DNA from: Gammaproteobacteria bacterium
Lineage (GTDB): Bacteria > Pseudomonadota > Gammaproteobacteria > Francisellales > CACEW01
Length of the DNA: 64,000 bases
Direction of reading: 5' to 3'
Assembly (NCBI GenBank): GCA_030652335.1
Contig: JAUSAW010000002.1
Location: 205,866-269,865 of the forward strand
This document shows positions 19,127-28,090 of the stretch, one piece after another (the stretch's first letter is position 1; each line of letters begins with the position of its first letter). The translations under genes were made by a program, and so were the position numbers. Below the pieces are notes generated by a model. That model was not told the origin of the DNA and searched no databases. It was given only the letters and a program-made list of their open reading frames with translations.

Positions 19127-19428
19127 TTTAAAATTGCTTATGATCTTACTCACAGACCTGACAGTGATTTTTCCAGAATTGCAGATTCCATCGCAAACTG
19201 TATGGCTGAACCAAGTAATTTACGAATTGCATTGACTTTATTAAACCCATTTCATTGCTCCTCAGGCTCACGAGGAATGCCATTAGTATTCGATCTTATA
19301 CCAATGCTTGGACAAAGCTCTCAACATATTACTTTACCAAGCAATAACTCGCTCACCACACCATTACTGCGAAATACAGCAGCCCCCCGCTTTGAGTACG
19401 GCACAGCAGCCAGGCCAGGAAGATAAGC

Positions 19429-20527
19429 TTATAAGCCTGCTTTTAAACTCGCCTCGATAAAGCGATCTAAATCCCCATCTAACACGGCTTGGGTATTAGA
19501 GTTTTCTACTCCGGTACGCAGGTCTTTAATTCTGGATTGGTCTAATACATAAGATCGGATCTGACTGCCCCAACCGATATCGGACTTACTTTCTTCTAAG
19601 ACTTGCTTGGCTGCGTTTAATTTTTGCATTTCCATTTCATACAGTTTGGCGCGCATTTGTTTCATGGCGCTATCTCTATTGGCATGTTGCGAGCGCTGGT
19701 TTTGGCATTGCACAACGATACCTGAGGGCAAATGGGTAATTCGAATCGCAGAGTCGGTCTTATTTACATGCTGACCACCCGCTCCTGAAGCTCGATAGGT
19801 ATCGACTTTTAAATCGACTGGATTTAACTCGATATCGATATTGTCATCCACCTCCGGGGAGACGAATACGGAAGCAAATGAAGTATGACGACGATTGCCG
19901 GAATCGAATGGGGATTTGCGAACCAAGCGATGCACACCGGTCTCAGTCCTTAGCCAACCATAAGCATAAGGGCCTACGAAATGAATGGTGGCACATTTAA
20001 TCCCTGCCACATCGCCCGATGAAGCCTCTACTAACTCCACCTGAAAACCATGGGCTTCCCCCCAACGCAGATACATCCTTAAAATCATTTCAGCCCAATC
20101 CTGAGCCTCGGTACCGCCTGAACCTGACTGGATATCCAAATAAGCATTATTAGGGTCCATCTCACCTGCAAACATGCGGCGAAATTCTAGTGCAGCCAGC
20201 TTTTTTTCAAGCTCGTTTAATTCTTGGGTTAAGGAGTTAACCAGGCCTTCATCTTGCTCGGCTATGGCTAATTCCAACATTTCAGCGGTATCGGCTAGCC
20301 CTTGGTCCATATCGTTAATGGTATTGACTACAAGCTCGAGACTGGCTCGCTCTTTCCCTAGTGCCTGGGCTTTTTCAGGCTGGTTCCATACTTCGGGTAA
20401 TTCCAGCTCGCGGTTTACTTCAACTAATTTTTCAGACTTATCCTGATAGTCAAAGATACCCCCTAAGCTCATCCACTCGATTTTTCATATCATTAATCTT
20501 TACCAAAAGCGCATTTGTCTCTAGCAT
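19429..20527 (-). CDS. prfB: Peptide chain release factor 2, expressed through a programmed +1 frameshift
   Basis: Frame 0: ATG at 20527, [25 protein letters not shown], then in-frame TGA at 20452-20450. After skipping T20452 the +1 frame continues DYQDKSEKL... into the 347-aa track ORF, which contains SPF and GGQ ([11 protein letters not shown]). Confidence 0.9.
20449..20464 (-). promoter_or_regulatory. prfB +1 frameshift site AGGGGG-TAT-CTT-TGA-C
   Basis: Internal SD-like AGGGGG, 3-nt spacer, slippery CTT followed by UGA-C. This is identical in form to the E. coli prfB autoregulatory site. Confidence 0.9.
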
Positions 20528-20584
20528 ACAGAACTACCTTAATTTTCTTTTTTTGAATTATATGCTTAAAGGAACAGAGATTCC

Positions 20585-21592
20585 ATGACAATTCTAGTAA
20601 CAGGCGCAGCAGGATTTATCGGTTTTCATGTCGCCCAAGCTTTAATAAGCGAAGGCCGGACGGTTATCGGCATCGATAATCTGAATGCCTATTACGATAT
20701 TTCGCTTAAAAATGCCAGGCTCGATCGATTAAAAACATCGGCTCATTTTAGCTTCCTTACTGTCGATATAGCAGACCAGACGGCGGTTGAAAATTTATTT
20801 AAATCTTACAAGATAAGCAAAGTCATTCATTTAGCGGCCCAGCCTGGAGTGCGCTATTCATTGGAAAACCCGCATTATTATATTCAGGCAAATCTCGTAG
20901 GTTTTTTTCATATTATCGAAGCCTGCCGTCAGCATAAAATTGAACACCTGATCTATGCCTCAAGCAGCTCGGTTTATGGGGCGAATACCCAGCAGCCCTT
21001 TTCAGAAAATACCAATACCGATCATCCTATGTCGCTGTATGCCGCCACTAAAAAATCCAATGAGCTTATGGCACATTCCTATGCCAGCTTATATCAGCTA
21101 CCTTGCACCGGACTGCGATTTTTTACCGTTTATGGCCCTTGGGGCCGCCCGGATATGGCGCTATCTTTATTTACCTACGCCATATTAAAAAACCAGCCTA
21201 TCGATCTATATAATCATGGCAAAATGCTAAGAGACTTTACCTATATCGATGATGCGGTCAACGCTATATTGCTTAGTGTAAATCATCCAGCCAAGCCTGA
21301 CCCTAACTGGTCGGGGCAAAATCCACAGTCAGCCTCGAGCTATGCGCCCTATCGGATTTATAATGTGGGGAATAACAAACCGGTTAATCTTATGCAGTAC
21401 ATTGCGGCGATTGAGCTGGCTACAGGAAAAAAAGCGCTTATCAATAATTTGCCCGCTCAGGCAGGCGATTTACTGGAAACAGCGGCTGATATTAGCGCTA
21501 TTCAAAATGAACTAGGCTATGTGCCAAATATAGATATTCACACTGGGGTACAAAACTTCGTGGATTGGTATCGAGCTTATTATGCTCTTTAA
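20585..21592 (+). CDS. NAD-dependent nucleotide-sugar epimerase (UDP-glucuronate 4-epimerase-like)
   Basis: GAAGFIG Rossmann motif, YxxxK (YAATKKSNE), and the NAYYDISLKNARL block typical of the UDP-GlcA epimerase subgroup. Confidence 0.75.
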   Translation: MTILVTGAAGFIGFHVAQALISEGRTVIGIDNLNAYYDISLKNARLDRLKTSAHFSFLTVDIADQTAVENLFKSYKISKVIHLAAQPGVRYSLENPHYYIQANLVGFFHIIEACRQHKIEHLIYASSSSVYGANTQQPFSENTNTDHPMSLYAATKKSNELMAHSYASLYQLPCTGLRFFTVYGPWGRPDMALSLFTYAILKNQPIDLYNHGKMLRDFTYIDDAVNAILLSVNHPAKPDPNWSGQNPQSASSYAPYRIYNVGNNKPVNLMQYIAAIELATGKKALINNLPAQAGDLLETAADISAIQNELGYVPNIDIHTGVQNFVDWYRAYYAL

Positions 21593-21599
21593 ACACCCT

Positions 21600-22589
21600 C
21601 TATGGCCCTCCCTTTTCAAAGGATAGAGAAGCCCCAGCGCAAACTGATTCCCGCGCCTCAAAGAATGCTGCTTGCGTGGCTTCAGGCTTAGGCCTTAAAT
21701 CATGCTCAAGCAATTTAGCATAAGCCTCGTAAAAATTAGCCTCTTTTGGGCTTAAATATCTGAAGATAGTTGCCAAATTTTTTGTTATTGCAAGGTGATG
21801 TTTTTTCTGTTTCAAACTAAGATCGGTAAGCCGATGATAGGCTTCATCGAGACTTTGATAGATTGCATAGGCTTCTAGGCAATAATGACGCCGGATGTCC
21901 TCATGCCCTTCATATTCAGGCAAATGTTCTAGCGCTGCATTTTTAGCATAAAGCTCCGCAGCACGGGCATAGATAGGCACGGCTTTATCCAAATCAAGCT
22001 CTTTAGCCTGAGCTAATAAAGCTTTTACTTCTTGTGCGTCTTTAAATGCGGCCTCTACTTTAGCTGTAAATCCTGGATTGCGTCTTTCTCGATCGGCTAA
22101 TAAAGCCCCAACTGTAGTGGACACAATTTTTGTAGCAAGCATCTTTTCATAATCATCAACAAACCACATTAATAACCTTAATAACCGCAAGCTATTATAG
22201 TTAATTGCATAACAAATAATATTTTTTGCCCATGAAACATAGCATGGATCTGTACCAGCCTTAAGTAGCATAATTGCCGCGGCATACCGCGGGTCATTGA
22301 TGTTCCTAAAGGCCTCAAAAATTGGGTTGCCCACCACATAATGATCAGAATACTTAATTTCAAAAGTGCCTTGCCATGAACAGAGCATTTCATCGAGCTT
22401 ACCCTTTTTCTTAAAGTAAGTCAGACAAGCATCAATCTTTGCTAAGTCACCTTCGGCAATCGCATTGCGAAACTCTACAATATTGTATCCAACTATAGAC
22501 TTGAACATTTTTGACATCCCTTGTATAAGAACTATCAAATAGCCAAGATCTACCATAACAAATATTATGGTCAAAACACATAGTAACAT
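21600..22589 (-). CDS. Orphan protein with ankyrin-like repeats and a helical (TPR-like) C-terminal half
   Basis: NPIFEAFRNINDPRYAAAIMLLKAGTDP and NIICYAINYNSLRLLRLLM resemble ANK repeat cores (xPLHxAxxxGxxxxxxxLLxxGAdP). The start is uncertain: 22589 has a hydrophobic leader, and the alternative is the ATG at 22517. Confidence 0.5.
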   Translation of the reverse strand: MLLCVLTIIFVMVDLGYLIVLIQGMSKMFKSIVGYNIVEFRNAIAEGDLAKIDACLTYFKKKGKLDEMLCSWQGTFEIKYSDHYVVGNPIFEAFRNINDPRYAAAIMLLKAGTDPCYVSWAKNIICYAINYNSLRLLRLLMWFVDDYEKMLATKIVSTTVGALLADRERRNPGFTAKVEAAFKDAQEVKALLAQAKELDLDKAVPIYARAAELYAKNAALEHLPEYEGHEDIRRHYCLEAYAIYQSLDEAYHRLTDLSLKQKKHHLAITKNLATIFRYLSPKEANFYEAYAKLLEHDLRPKPEATQAAFFEARESVCAGASLSFEKGGP

Positions 22590-22625
22590 TCAATATCTAA
22601 AAAGAGAGCTCGCAGTCTTAGCAAA

Positions 22626-22943
22626 CTACCGATCAGGCCCAGTAGGACCTCCAGCCGTCCCTTTGATCCTTTTTATTAACTCATCAGTCTCCGTTTTGCC
22701 GTGATGCTCTATCTTGGCTTCCAAATAGGATGAACTTAATAGCGCAGTGATAATGCATGCCATATAGAGCCAGGGCAAGGCTAAGCCTTTATTATCAGGG
22801 TAATTGAAGCTCGCTATTTTGCAACTTGGCCCCGTTGCCAATAACAATAAATTGAATATGGCCGCCAAATAAAATCGGACATCCATTTTTTGAGCAACTG
22901 GCTGGCCCAAAACAGATAAATCCACATTATGTTCACCTGCCAC
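22626..22943 (-). CDS. Orphan membrane protein; reading frame open for about 140 nt upstream of the only candidate (GTG) start
   Basis: Hydrophobic segments are present. The frame stays open back to about 23085, directly after the pdxJ stop, and encodes ...APIEVAAALAYLSGAASLGLKACIFAEHHYRRKEIIK with no ATG. It could use a non-canonical start or be a decaying gene. Confidence 0.35.
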   Translation of the reverse strand: MAGEHNVDLSVLGQPVAQKMDVRFYLAAIFNLLLLATGPSCKIASFNYPDNKGLALPWLYMACIITALLSSSYLEAKIEHHGKTETDELIKRIKGTAGGPTGPDR

Positions 22944-23101
22944 TTTAATAATTTCTTTCCGTCTATAATGGTGCTCTGCAAAAATGCATGCTTTTAAGCC
23001 AAGGGAGGCGGCCCCGCTTAAATAAGCGAGTGCGGCGGCAACTTCAATAGGCGCTTCGCTTTTAAAGGTAAATAGCGCATTTGATTAAAATGAATTGACA
23101 A

Positions 23102-23839
23102 TTATCGTGAAGCCAACATCAATTCCTTCATGGTTTTCACCGCTTCTGGCAAGCCGCTGAATACCGCCCTTGCCACAATGGCATGACCGATATTGAGCTC
23201 ATTGATTTCAGGGATGGCGGCAATAGCCTGGACATTTTGATAATGTAAGCCATGCCCTGCATTGACGATCAAACCTATAGAATGCGCAAATCGTGCCGCT
23301 TCTGTAATGCGTACTAGTTCATTGGTTTGTTGCTGACCCACGGCATCGGCATAACAGCCAGTATGGATCTCGATAAAATGCGCTCCGCAATCTTTCGAGG
23401 CGGCGACTTGATCACTGTCTGGATCGATAAAGAGCGATACTTTAATACCTAGGCTGCTTAAACGCTCGCAGGCCAATTTAATACGCTTTTGCTGCCCTAC
23501 TATATCTAAGCCCCCTTCCGTTGTAAGCTCAGCCCTTTTTTCGGGAACTAAACAACAATAAGCTGGAAGCAAATTTTCAGCGAACCGAAGCATTTCTTCC
23601 GTTACGGCCATTTCAAAATTTAGTGGGATATTTAAGACTTCTTTAATTAGGGTGACATCCCTATCCTGAATATGACGGCGATCTTCACGTAAGTGAACCG
23701 TGATGCTATCGGCACCAGATTGCTCTGCCAATAAAGCAGCATGAACTGGCTCAGGATAGGTCGTCCCGCGAGCTTGGCGCAAGGTGGCAATATGGTCGAT
23801 GTTTACGCCTAATAAGATGTCATTCGAATGGTTTGTCAT
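23102..23839 (-). CDS. pdxJ: Pyridoxine 5'-phosphate synthase
   Basis: [18 protein letters not shown]-terminus and full-length PdxJ colinearity. The start at 23839 ([13 protein letters not shown]) overlaps the recO 3' end. The track start at 23968 is an extension inside recO. Confidence 0.9.
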   Translation of the reverse strand: MTNHSNDILLGVNIDHIATLRQARGTTYPEPVHAALLAEQSGADSITVHLREDRRHIQDRDVTLIKEVLNIPLNFEMAVTEEMLRFAENLLPAYCCLVPEKRAELTTEGGLDIVGQQKRIKLACERLSSLGIKVSLFIDPDSDQVAASKDCGAHFIEIHTGCYADAVGQQQTNELVRITEAARFAHSIGLIVNAGHGLHYQNVQAIAAIPEINELNIGHAIVARAVFSGLPEAVKTMKELMLASR

Positions 23840-24542
23840 TAGCCAATCCTTCCCTAAAGATTTCGCGAGATTTAAATACTTTGCCTTTGGTATAATAATG
23901 AATCCAATTGCGCAGGAGTAATTTGGCTGCACGAAGCGTGTCGTCATTTTGCCATTCCCTACGCTCAATCGCTAGCAATTCTTTACCTGACAGTACCAAG
24001 CCTCGCTGTGAAGATAAGCCTTTTCTAGGCAAATTACCTGGCCTGACCAGATAGTTTTCACTTACTAATATGGGCTTATGATCTTCATCGATACTAAGCT
24101 CAGGTGCTAAACCTAACTCCAGAAGCAGGCTTAGCTCAAAATTGCGTATATGCCCTTCAAAATCTATGTCGCCCAAGCCCTCTAAAGCCTGGTGATAGGC
24201 TGAAAATAAAGCCGGATATTCTTGGTGAGGATGCAGGAAGCTCATTAATAATTCATTGAGATAGAATCCGCTTAATAGATTGGCTTGCTTATAACTAAAT
24301 GCCTTGCCGGCAGGCTCGGCTATTTGTAATCCTACTACCTCGCCGCGGCCTTTGCACTTAACTAATAGAGGCGCAAAAGGCTGCAATAGGCCATGCCAAG
24401 GTGATTTGGGTTGCTTGGCCCCTTTTGCGATGGCGGTCACAAAACCCGATTGAGGGGAAAATAGCTTTAATATGAAGCTGTGATCCTGGTATGGATATCG
24501 ATGCAAAATAAATGCTGGTTCTAAATTGCTCACCTTATCCAC
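23820..24542 (-). CDS. recO: DNA repair protein RecO
   Basis: 240 aa with an N-terminal OB region ([20 protein letters not shown]). The recO-pdxJ order matches enterobacteria. Confidence 0.85.
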   Translation of the reverse strand: MDKVSNLEPAFILHRYPYQDHSFILKLFSPQSGFVTAIAKGAKQPKSPWHGLLQPFAPLLVKCKGRGEVVGLQIAEPAGKAFSYKQANLLSGFYLNELLMSFLHPHQEYPALFSAYHQALEGLGDIDFEGHIRNFELSLLLELGLAPELSIDEDHKPILVSENYLVRPGNLPRKGLSSQRGLVLSGKELLAIERREWQNDDTLRAAKLLLRNWIHYYTKGKVFKSREIFREGLANDKPFE

Positions 24543-24661
24543 CCTATTAAAGATATTTAAATATGCGTTAAATCACTTTACAGCTTGCGCTTTAGTAAGT
24601 ATATTTAATCTGTCCTAAATTAGTTAGGACTTAATTTATAATTGACTAAAGGTTAGTAGCT

Positions 24662-24871
24662 ATGACACGTAAAATCGGCACAGTAAAATGGTTTAACTCC
24701 AGCAAAGGCTTCGGATTCATTCAACAAGAAGGCGGCGACGACATTTTTGTACATTACAAAAATATCCGTGGCGATGGTTATCGCTCACTTGAAGAAGGCC
24801 AAAAAGTAGAATTTGGTGTGATTCAAGGGCAAAAAGGCTTACAAGCAGACGACGTTATTGCTGCTGACTAG
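24662..24871 (+). CDS. Cold-shock protein (CspA family)
   Basis: [15 protein letters not shown] (RNP1) and DIFVHY (RNP2). Length 69 aa. Confidence 0.9.
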   Translation: MTRKIGTVKWFNSSKGFGFIQQEGGDDIFVHYKNIRGDGYRSLEEGQKVEFGVIQGQKGLQADDVIAAD

Positions 24872-24895
24872 ACCTTAGGTTCTTACTATTTAGAT

Positions 24896-24930
24896 ATAGC
24901 TGACACCTAATAAGTATCAGCTATTTCAAA
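24896..24930. terminator. Hairpin ATAGCTGA-N13-TCAGCTAT between csp (+) and rnhB (-)
   Basis: 8-bp perfect inverted repeat followed by a T-rich run. It overlaps the rnhB stop codon. Confidence 0.4.
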
Positions 24931-25505
24931 TTTAGACTGATGATTTTGTTACGCACCGGTGCGAATGTAGTCCGGTGAATGTTACAAGGCCCATATTTCT
25001 CTAAAGCATGCAAATGCTGCGCTGTTCCATACCCACTGTGCTTATTAAACCCATATTCCGGATAGATCTCGTGCATTTCCTGCATTTCACGGTCACGAGT
25101 CACCTTGGCTATAATCGATGCCGCACTAATTTCTGCCACCAGGCTATCGCCTTTTACAATAGCAAAGCATTCTATTTCAAGTGCGGGACAAACATTTCCA
25201 TCCACTAAGACTAAGTTGCCTGCAATGTTAAGGTTAGCCACCGCCTTTTGCATGGCAAGCAAGCTGGCCTGCAAAATATTAATATTATCGATTTCCAAAA
25301 CGCTGGCTTGAGCTACTGATACAGCCTCAGCCTGATCATAGATTAGCTCATATAAGTATTCTCGCTTTTTAAGGCTTAACACTTTGGAATCGTTTAAGCC
25401 AGCAATCGGTCTTGAAACCGATAAAATAACTGCGGCCGCCGTAACAGGCCCTGCTAATGGCCCACGGCCTGCTTCATCGACCCCTACTATAATCATTAAC
25501 CCCAC
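24921..25505 (-). CDS. rnhB: Ribonuclease HII
   Basis: [14 protein letters not shown] active-site block, length 194 aa. Confidence 0.9.
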   Translation of the reverse strand: MGLMIIVGVDEAGRGPLAGPVTAAAVILSVSRPIAGLNDSKVLSLKKREYLYELIYDQAEAVSVAQASVLEIDNINILQASLLAMQKAVANLNIAGNLVLVDGNVCPALEIECFAIVKGDSLVAEISAASIIAKVTRDREMQEMHEIYPEYGFNKHSGYGTAQHLHALEKYGPCNIHRTTFAPVRNKIISLNLK

Positions 25506-25595
25506 CCTAATAACAAAATAAATTCCATTCTACCTACCTGACCCGCCTATAATTCAGTAGAATAACCACAACCTAATATAATCAGGAAACTATTT

Positions 25596-27059
25596 ATGCG
25601 CTACGTATTGCACCCCGAGATAGTAATAGATTGGCTGACCAAGCGCAAACACCCTGCTGAGTTTTACCTAAAGCTTGAAACCCTTTTAAATGAGAAGGCC
25701 CTATATTGCGCCGCAAGCTCCTTAAGCCATATGGAATCCTATTTCGTCGCTAAGCCAGAACATCGATCCTGGCGTCAATTTTTAAGTCAGGTACAGATTG
25801 CCAAAACCCCAAGTTATCTCGACCATCAAGTATTAAACCAAATCGAAAACTTGGATAATTATCTTATCGAGCAATCGGCTAAAGCGGTTGATGCCAGAAT
25901 CCTATACAGCCCTATGGATCTGCAAGTAGTCAATGACATATTGCCGATTAACTTTATCGATCTAAAAGCTCAGTATCATCAAATGCAACCTGAAATAGAG
26001 CAGGCTATGGATGAGGTGCTTAATAGCACCCAATTTATTATGGGCCCTCCTATCACTCAATTAGAAAACACTCTGGCCGAATATACCGGCAGCCGCTATG
26101 CCTTGACCTGTGGCAATGGTACCGATGCCTTAATGCTGGCCTTAATGGCTATCGATATTCAACCGGGCGATGAAGTCATCACTCCCGTATATAGCTTTTT
26201 TGCCGCTGCCGAAGTGATTGCCCTATTTCAGGCCAAACCTATTTTTGTGGATATAGAAGCGGACACTTATAATATCGACGCATCCAAAATTGCCGAACGC
26301 ATTACGCCTAAAACTCGTGCCATTATCCCCGTCGGGCTCTATGGCCAAGTAGCCGATATGCAGGAAATCAATGCCATTGCGAAACAGTATTCGGCAAAAT
26401 TTGGCCATAAAATTTATGTTATCGAAGATGCCTGCCAGAGCTTTGGTGCGGAATACCAGGGTCAGAAATCCTGTCATTTATCGGATATGGCTTGCACCAG
26501 CTTTTTCCCAGCCAAACCCTTAGGCTGCTATGGCGATGGCGGCGCGATTTTTACCGATGATGAGGCCCTCGCCAAAAAGATCGATATGCTAAGAGTACAC
26601 GGTCAATCGACTCGCTATTTTCATAAATATATCGGCATGAATGCCCGCTTCGATACCTTACAAGCGGCCGTACTCAATGTAAAAATGCGCACCTTTGCCA
26701 ATGAAGTCAGCACGCGCATCGAGCTTGGTCAACGCTATGATACCTTATTAAAAGACTCTGCTATTATCCTGCCTATAATCAGGGCCGACCGAGCCTCGGT
26801 TTATGCGCAATATTCCGTTCGAGTCAGCAATCGAGATGCCGTGATTAAGTATTTATCCGAGCATAAAATCCCGACCTCTGTCCACTACCCTATGCCATTG
26901 CATTTACAAGAGTGCTTTAATGGCCTAGGCTTTAAAGCGGGCGATTACCCTGTGGCAGAGCAAGTCGCTACTGAAATTTTTAGTCTACCGATGAGCCCGT
27001 TTTTAACCGAGGCTCAGCAAAATTATATTGCTAAACATTTACTCGCTGCTTCAAAATAA
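25596..27059 (+). CDS. gnnB: DegT/DnrJ/EryC1-family aminotransferase (GnnB-like, UDP-3-keto-GlcNAc transaminase) with a ~106-aa N-terminal extension
   Basis: The core starts at INFIDLKAQY...FIMGP and has a PLP-lysine region (SFFPAKPLGCYGDGG). It is adjacent to a Gfo/Idh/MocA oxidoreductase and lpxB, as described for gnnA/gnnB. The N-terminal 106 aa look like a degenerate PIN domain. An alternative start is the ATG at 25914. Confidence 0.75.
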   Translation: MRYVLHPEIVIDWLTKRKHPAEFYLKLETLLNEKALYCAASSLSHMESYFVAKPEHRSWRQFLSQVQIAKTPSYLDHQVLNQIENLDNYLIEQSAKAVDARILYSPMDLQVVNDILPINFIDLKAQYHQMQPEIEQAMDEVLNSTQFIMGPPITQLENTLAEYTGSRYALTCGNGTDALMLALMAIDIQPGDEVITPVYSFFAAAEVIALFQAKPIFVDIEADTYNIDASKIAERITPKTRAIIPVGLYGQVADMQEINAIAKQYSAKFGHKIYVIEDACQSFGAEYQGQKSCHLSDMACTSFFPAKPLGCYGDGGAIFTDDEALAKKIDMLRVHGQSTRYFHKYIGMNARFDTLQAAVLNVKMRTFANEVSTRIELGQRYDTLLKDSAIILPIIRADRASVYAQYSVRVSNRDAVIKYLSEHKIPTSVHYPMPLHLQECFNGLGFKAGDYPVAEQVATEIFSLPMSPFLTEAQQNYIAKHLLAASK

Positions 27060-27060
27060 G

Positions 27061-27110
27061 TCCCCTTGCCCCTTGCCCCTTGCGGGAGAGGGCTAGGGAG
27101 CTTGGGACTG
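27061..27110. repeat. GGGAGAGGG-family repeat with (CCCCTTG)x3 micro-tandem, intergenic gnnB/gnnA
   Basis: tccccttgccccttgccccttgcGGGAGAGGGCTAGGGAGc. The core GGGCTAGGGAG recurs, as its reverse complement, at 58397-58428. Confidence 0.65.
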
Positions 27111-27139
27111 GACTAGTTGCCATAATAGGAAAAGTATAA

Positions 27140-28090
27140 ATGATCACCAAACTTAAAGTCGCCGTAATCGGCACAGGTTACCTCGGCGAATTTCATGCTC
27201 AGAAATATGCGCAAATAGACTCAGTCGATTTAGTCGCCATAGTCGATACCAATATCGAGCGTTGCCAAGCCCTTGCCGCAACCTTACATACCAAAGCCGT
27301 AGAAGATTATCGTGAATTAATCGGCAAAGTAGATGCGGTCAGTATCGTCACCCCCACTAGCACTCACTTTGCTATCGGTAAGTTCTTTTTAGAAAATGGC
27401 ATCCATGTATTGATGGAAAAACCGATTACCACGACGGTAGAGGAAGCCGATATATTAATTAGCCTAGCTAAGTCCAAAAATTGCTTATTACAGGTCGGTT
27501 ATTTAGAGCGATTTAACCCCATCTTAAATCACGTCGAAGGCAAAATTAAGCAGGTTCAATTTATCGAATCCACCCGAATTGCACCCTTTAACCCCCGCAA
27601 TAAAGATGTCAACGTCGTGCTGGATCTGATGATCCATGATATCGATTTAATTCAGCACCTCGTGAATGCCCCAATCGAAAGAATTGACGCCAATGGCGCC
27701 TGTGTATTGACGCAAGAAATCGATATCGCCAATGCCAGGATATTATTTGCCAATGGCTGCGTGGCTAACGTAACGGCTAGTAGAATTAGTTTAAAACCTG
27801 AACGCAAGATGCGCATATTTCAGCACGATGCCTATATTTCTTTAGATCTTCAAAATAAACAGGTTAGCATCTGTACCCGAGGTCAGGGTGAGATGTTCCC
27901 CGGCATCCCTACTATCGAACGCGAAGAGCATACCATCACCCAATCCGATGCCCTGCTCGAAGAGATTAAAGCTTTCGTTAACGCCATTTTAAATAAAACC
28001 CCGGTATTAGTGACCGGTGAAGATGGCAAAATCGCCTTGCAGACCGCCCTTGAAATTACCCGCCTGGTAAAAGCAGGAGTGTTTGCATGA
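27140..28090 (+). CDS. gnnA: Gfo/Idh/MocA-family oxidoreductase (GnnA-like, UDP-GlcNAc 3-dehydrogenase)
   Basis: N-terminal Rossmann VAVIGTGYLGEFHA and EKP motif (LMEKPIT). It overlaps the lpxB start by 4 nt. Confidence 0.7.
   Translation: MITKLKVAVIGTGYLGEFHAQKYAQIDSVDLVAIVDTNIERCQALAATLHTKAVEDYRELIGKVDAVSIVTPTSTHFAIGKFFLENGIHVLMEKPITTTVEEADILISLAKSKNCLLQVGYLERFNPILNHVEGKIKQVQFIESTRIAPFNPRNKDVNVVLDLMIHDIDLIQHLVNAPIERIDANGACVLTQEIDIANARILFANGCVANVTASRISLKPERKMRIFQHDAYISLDLQNKQVSICTRGQGEMFPGIPTIEREEHTITQSDALLEEIKAFVNAILNKTPVLVTGEDGKIALQTALEITRLVKAGVFA

Noticed and set aside
19127-19428. About 300 bp unassigned between the small membrane ORF and prfB, containing a 74-aa track ORF (19202-19426). 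I also considered an RsmY/Z-like CsrA-binding sRNA.
   Set aside because: The ORF has no SD and a Ser/Leu/Pro-rich composition atypical of the neighbouring genes. Only about three GGA motifs occur on either strand, and I could see no convincing stem-loop array or terminator. This is not enough evidence for either call.
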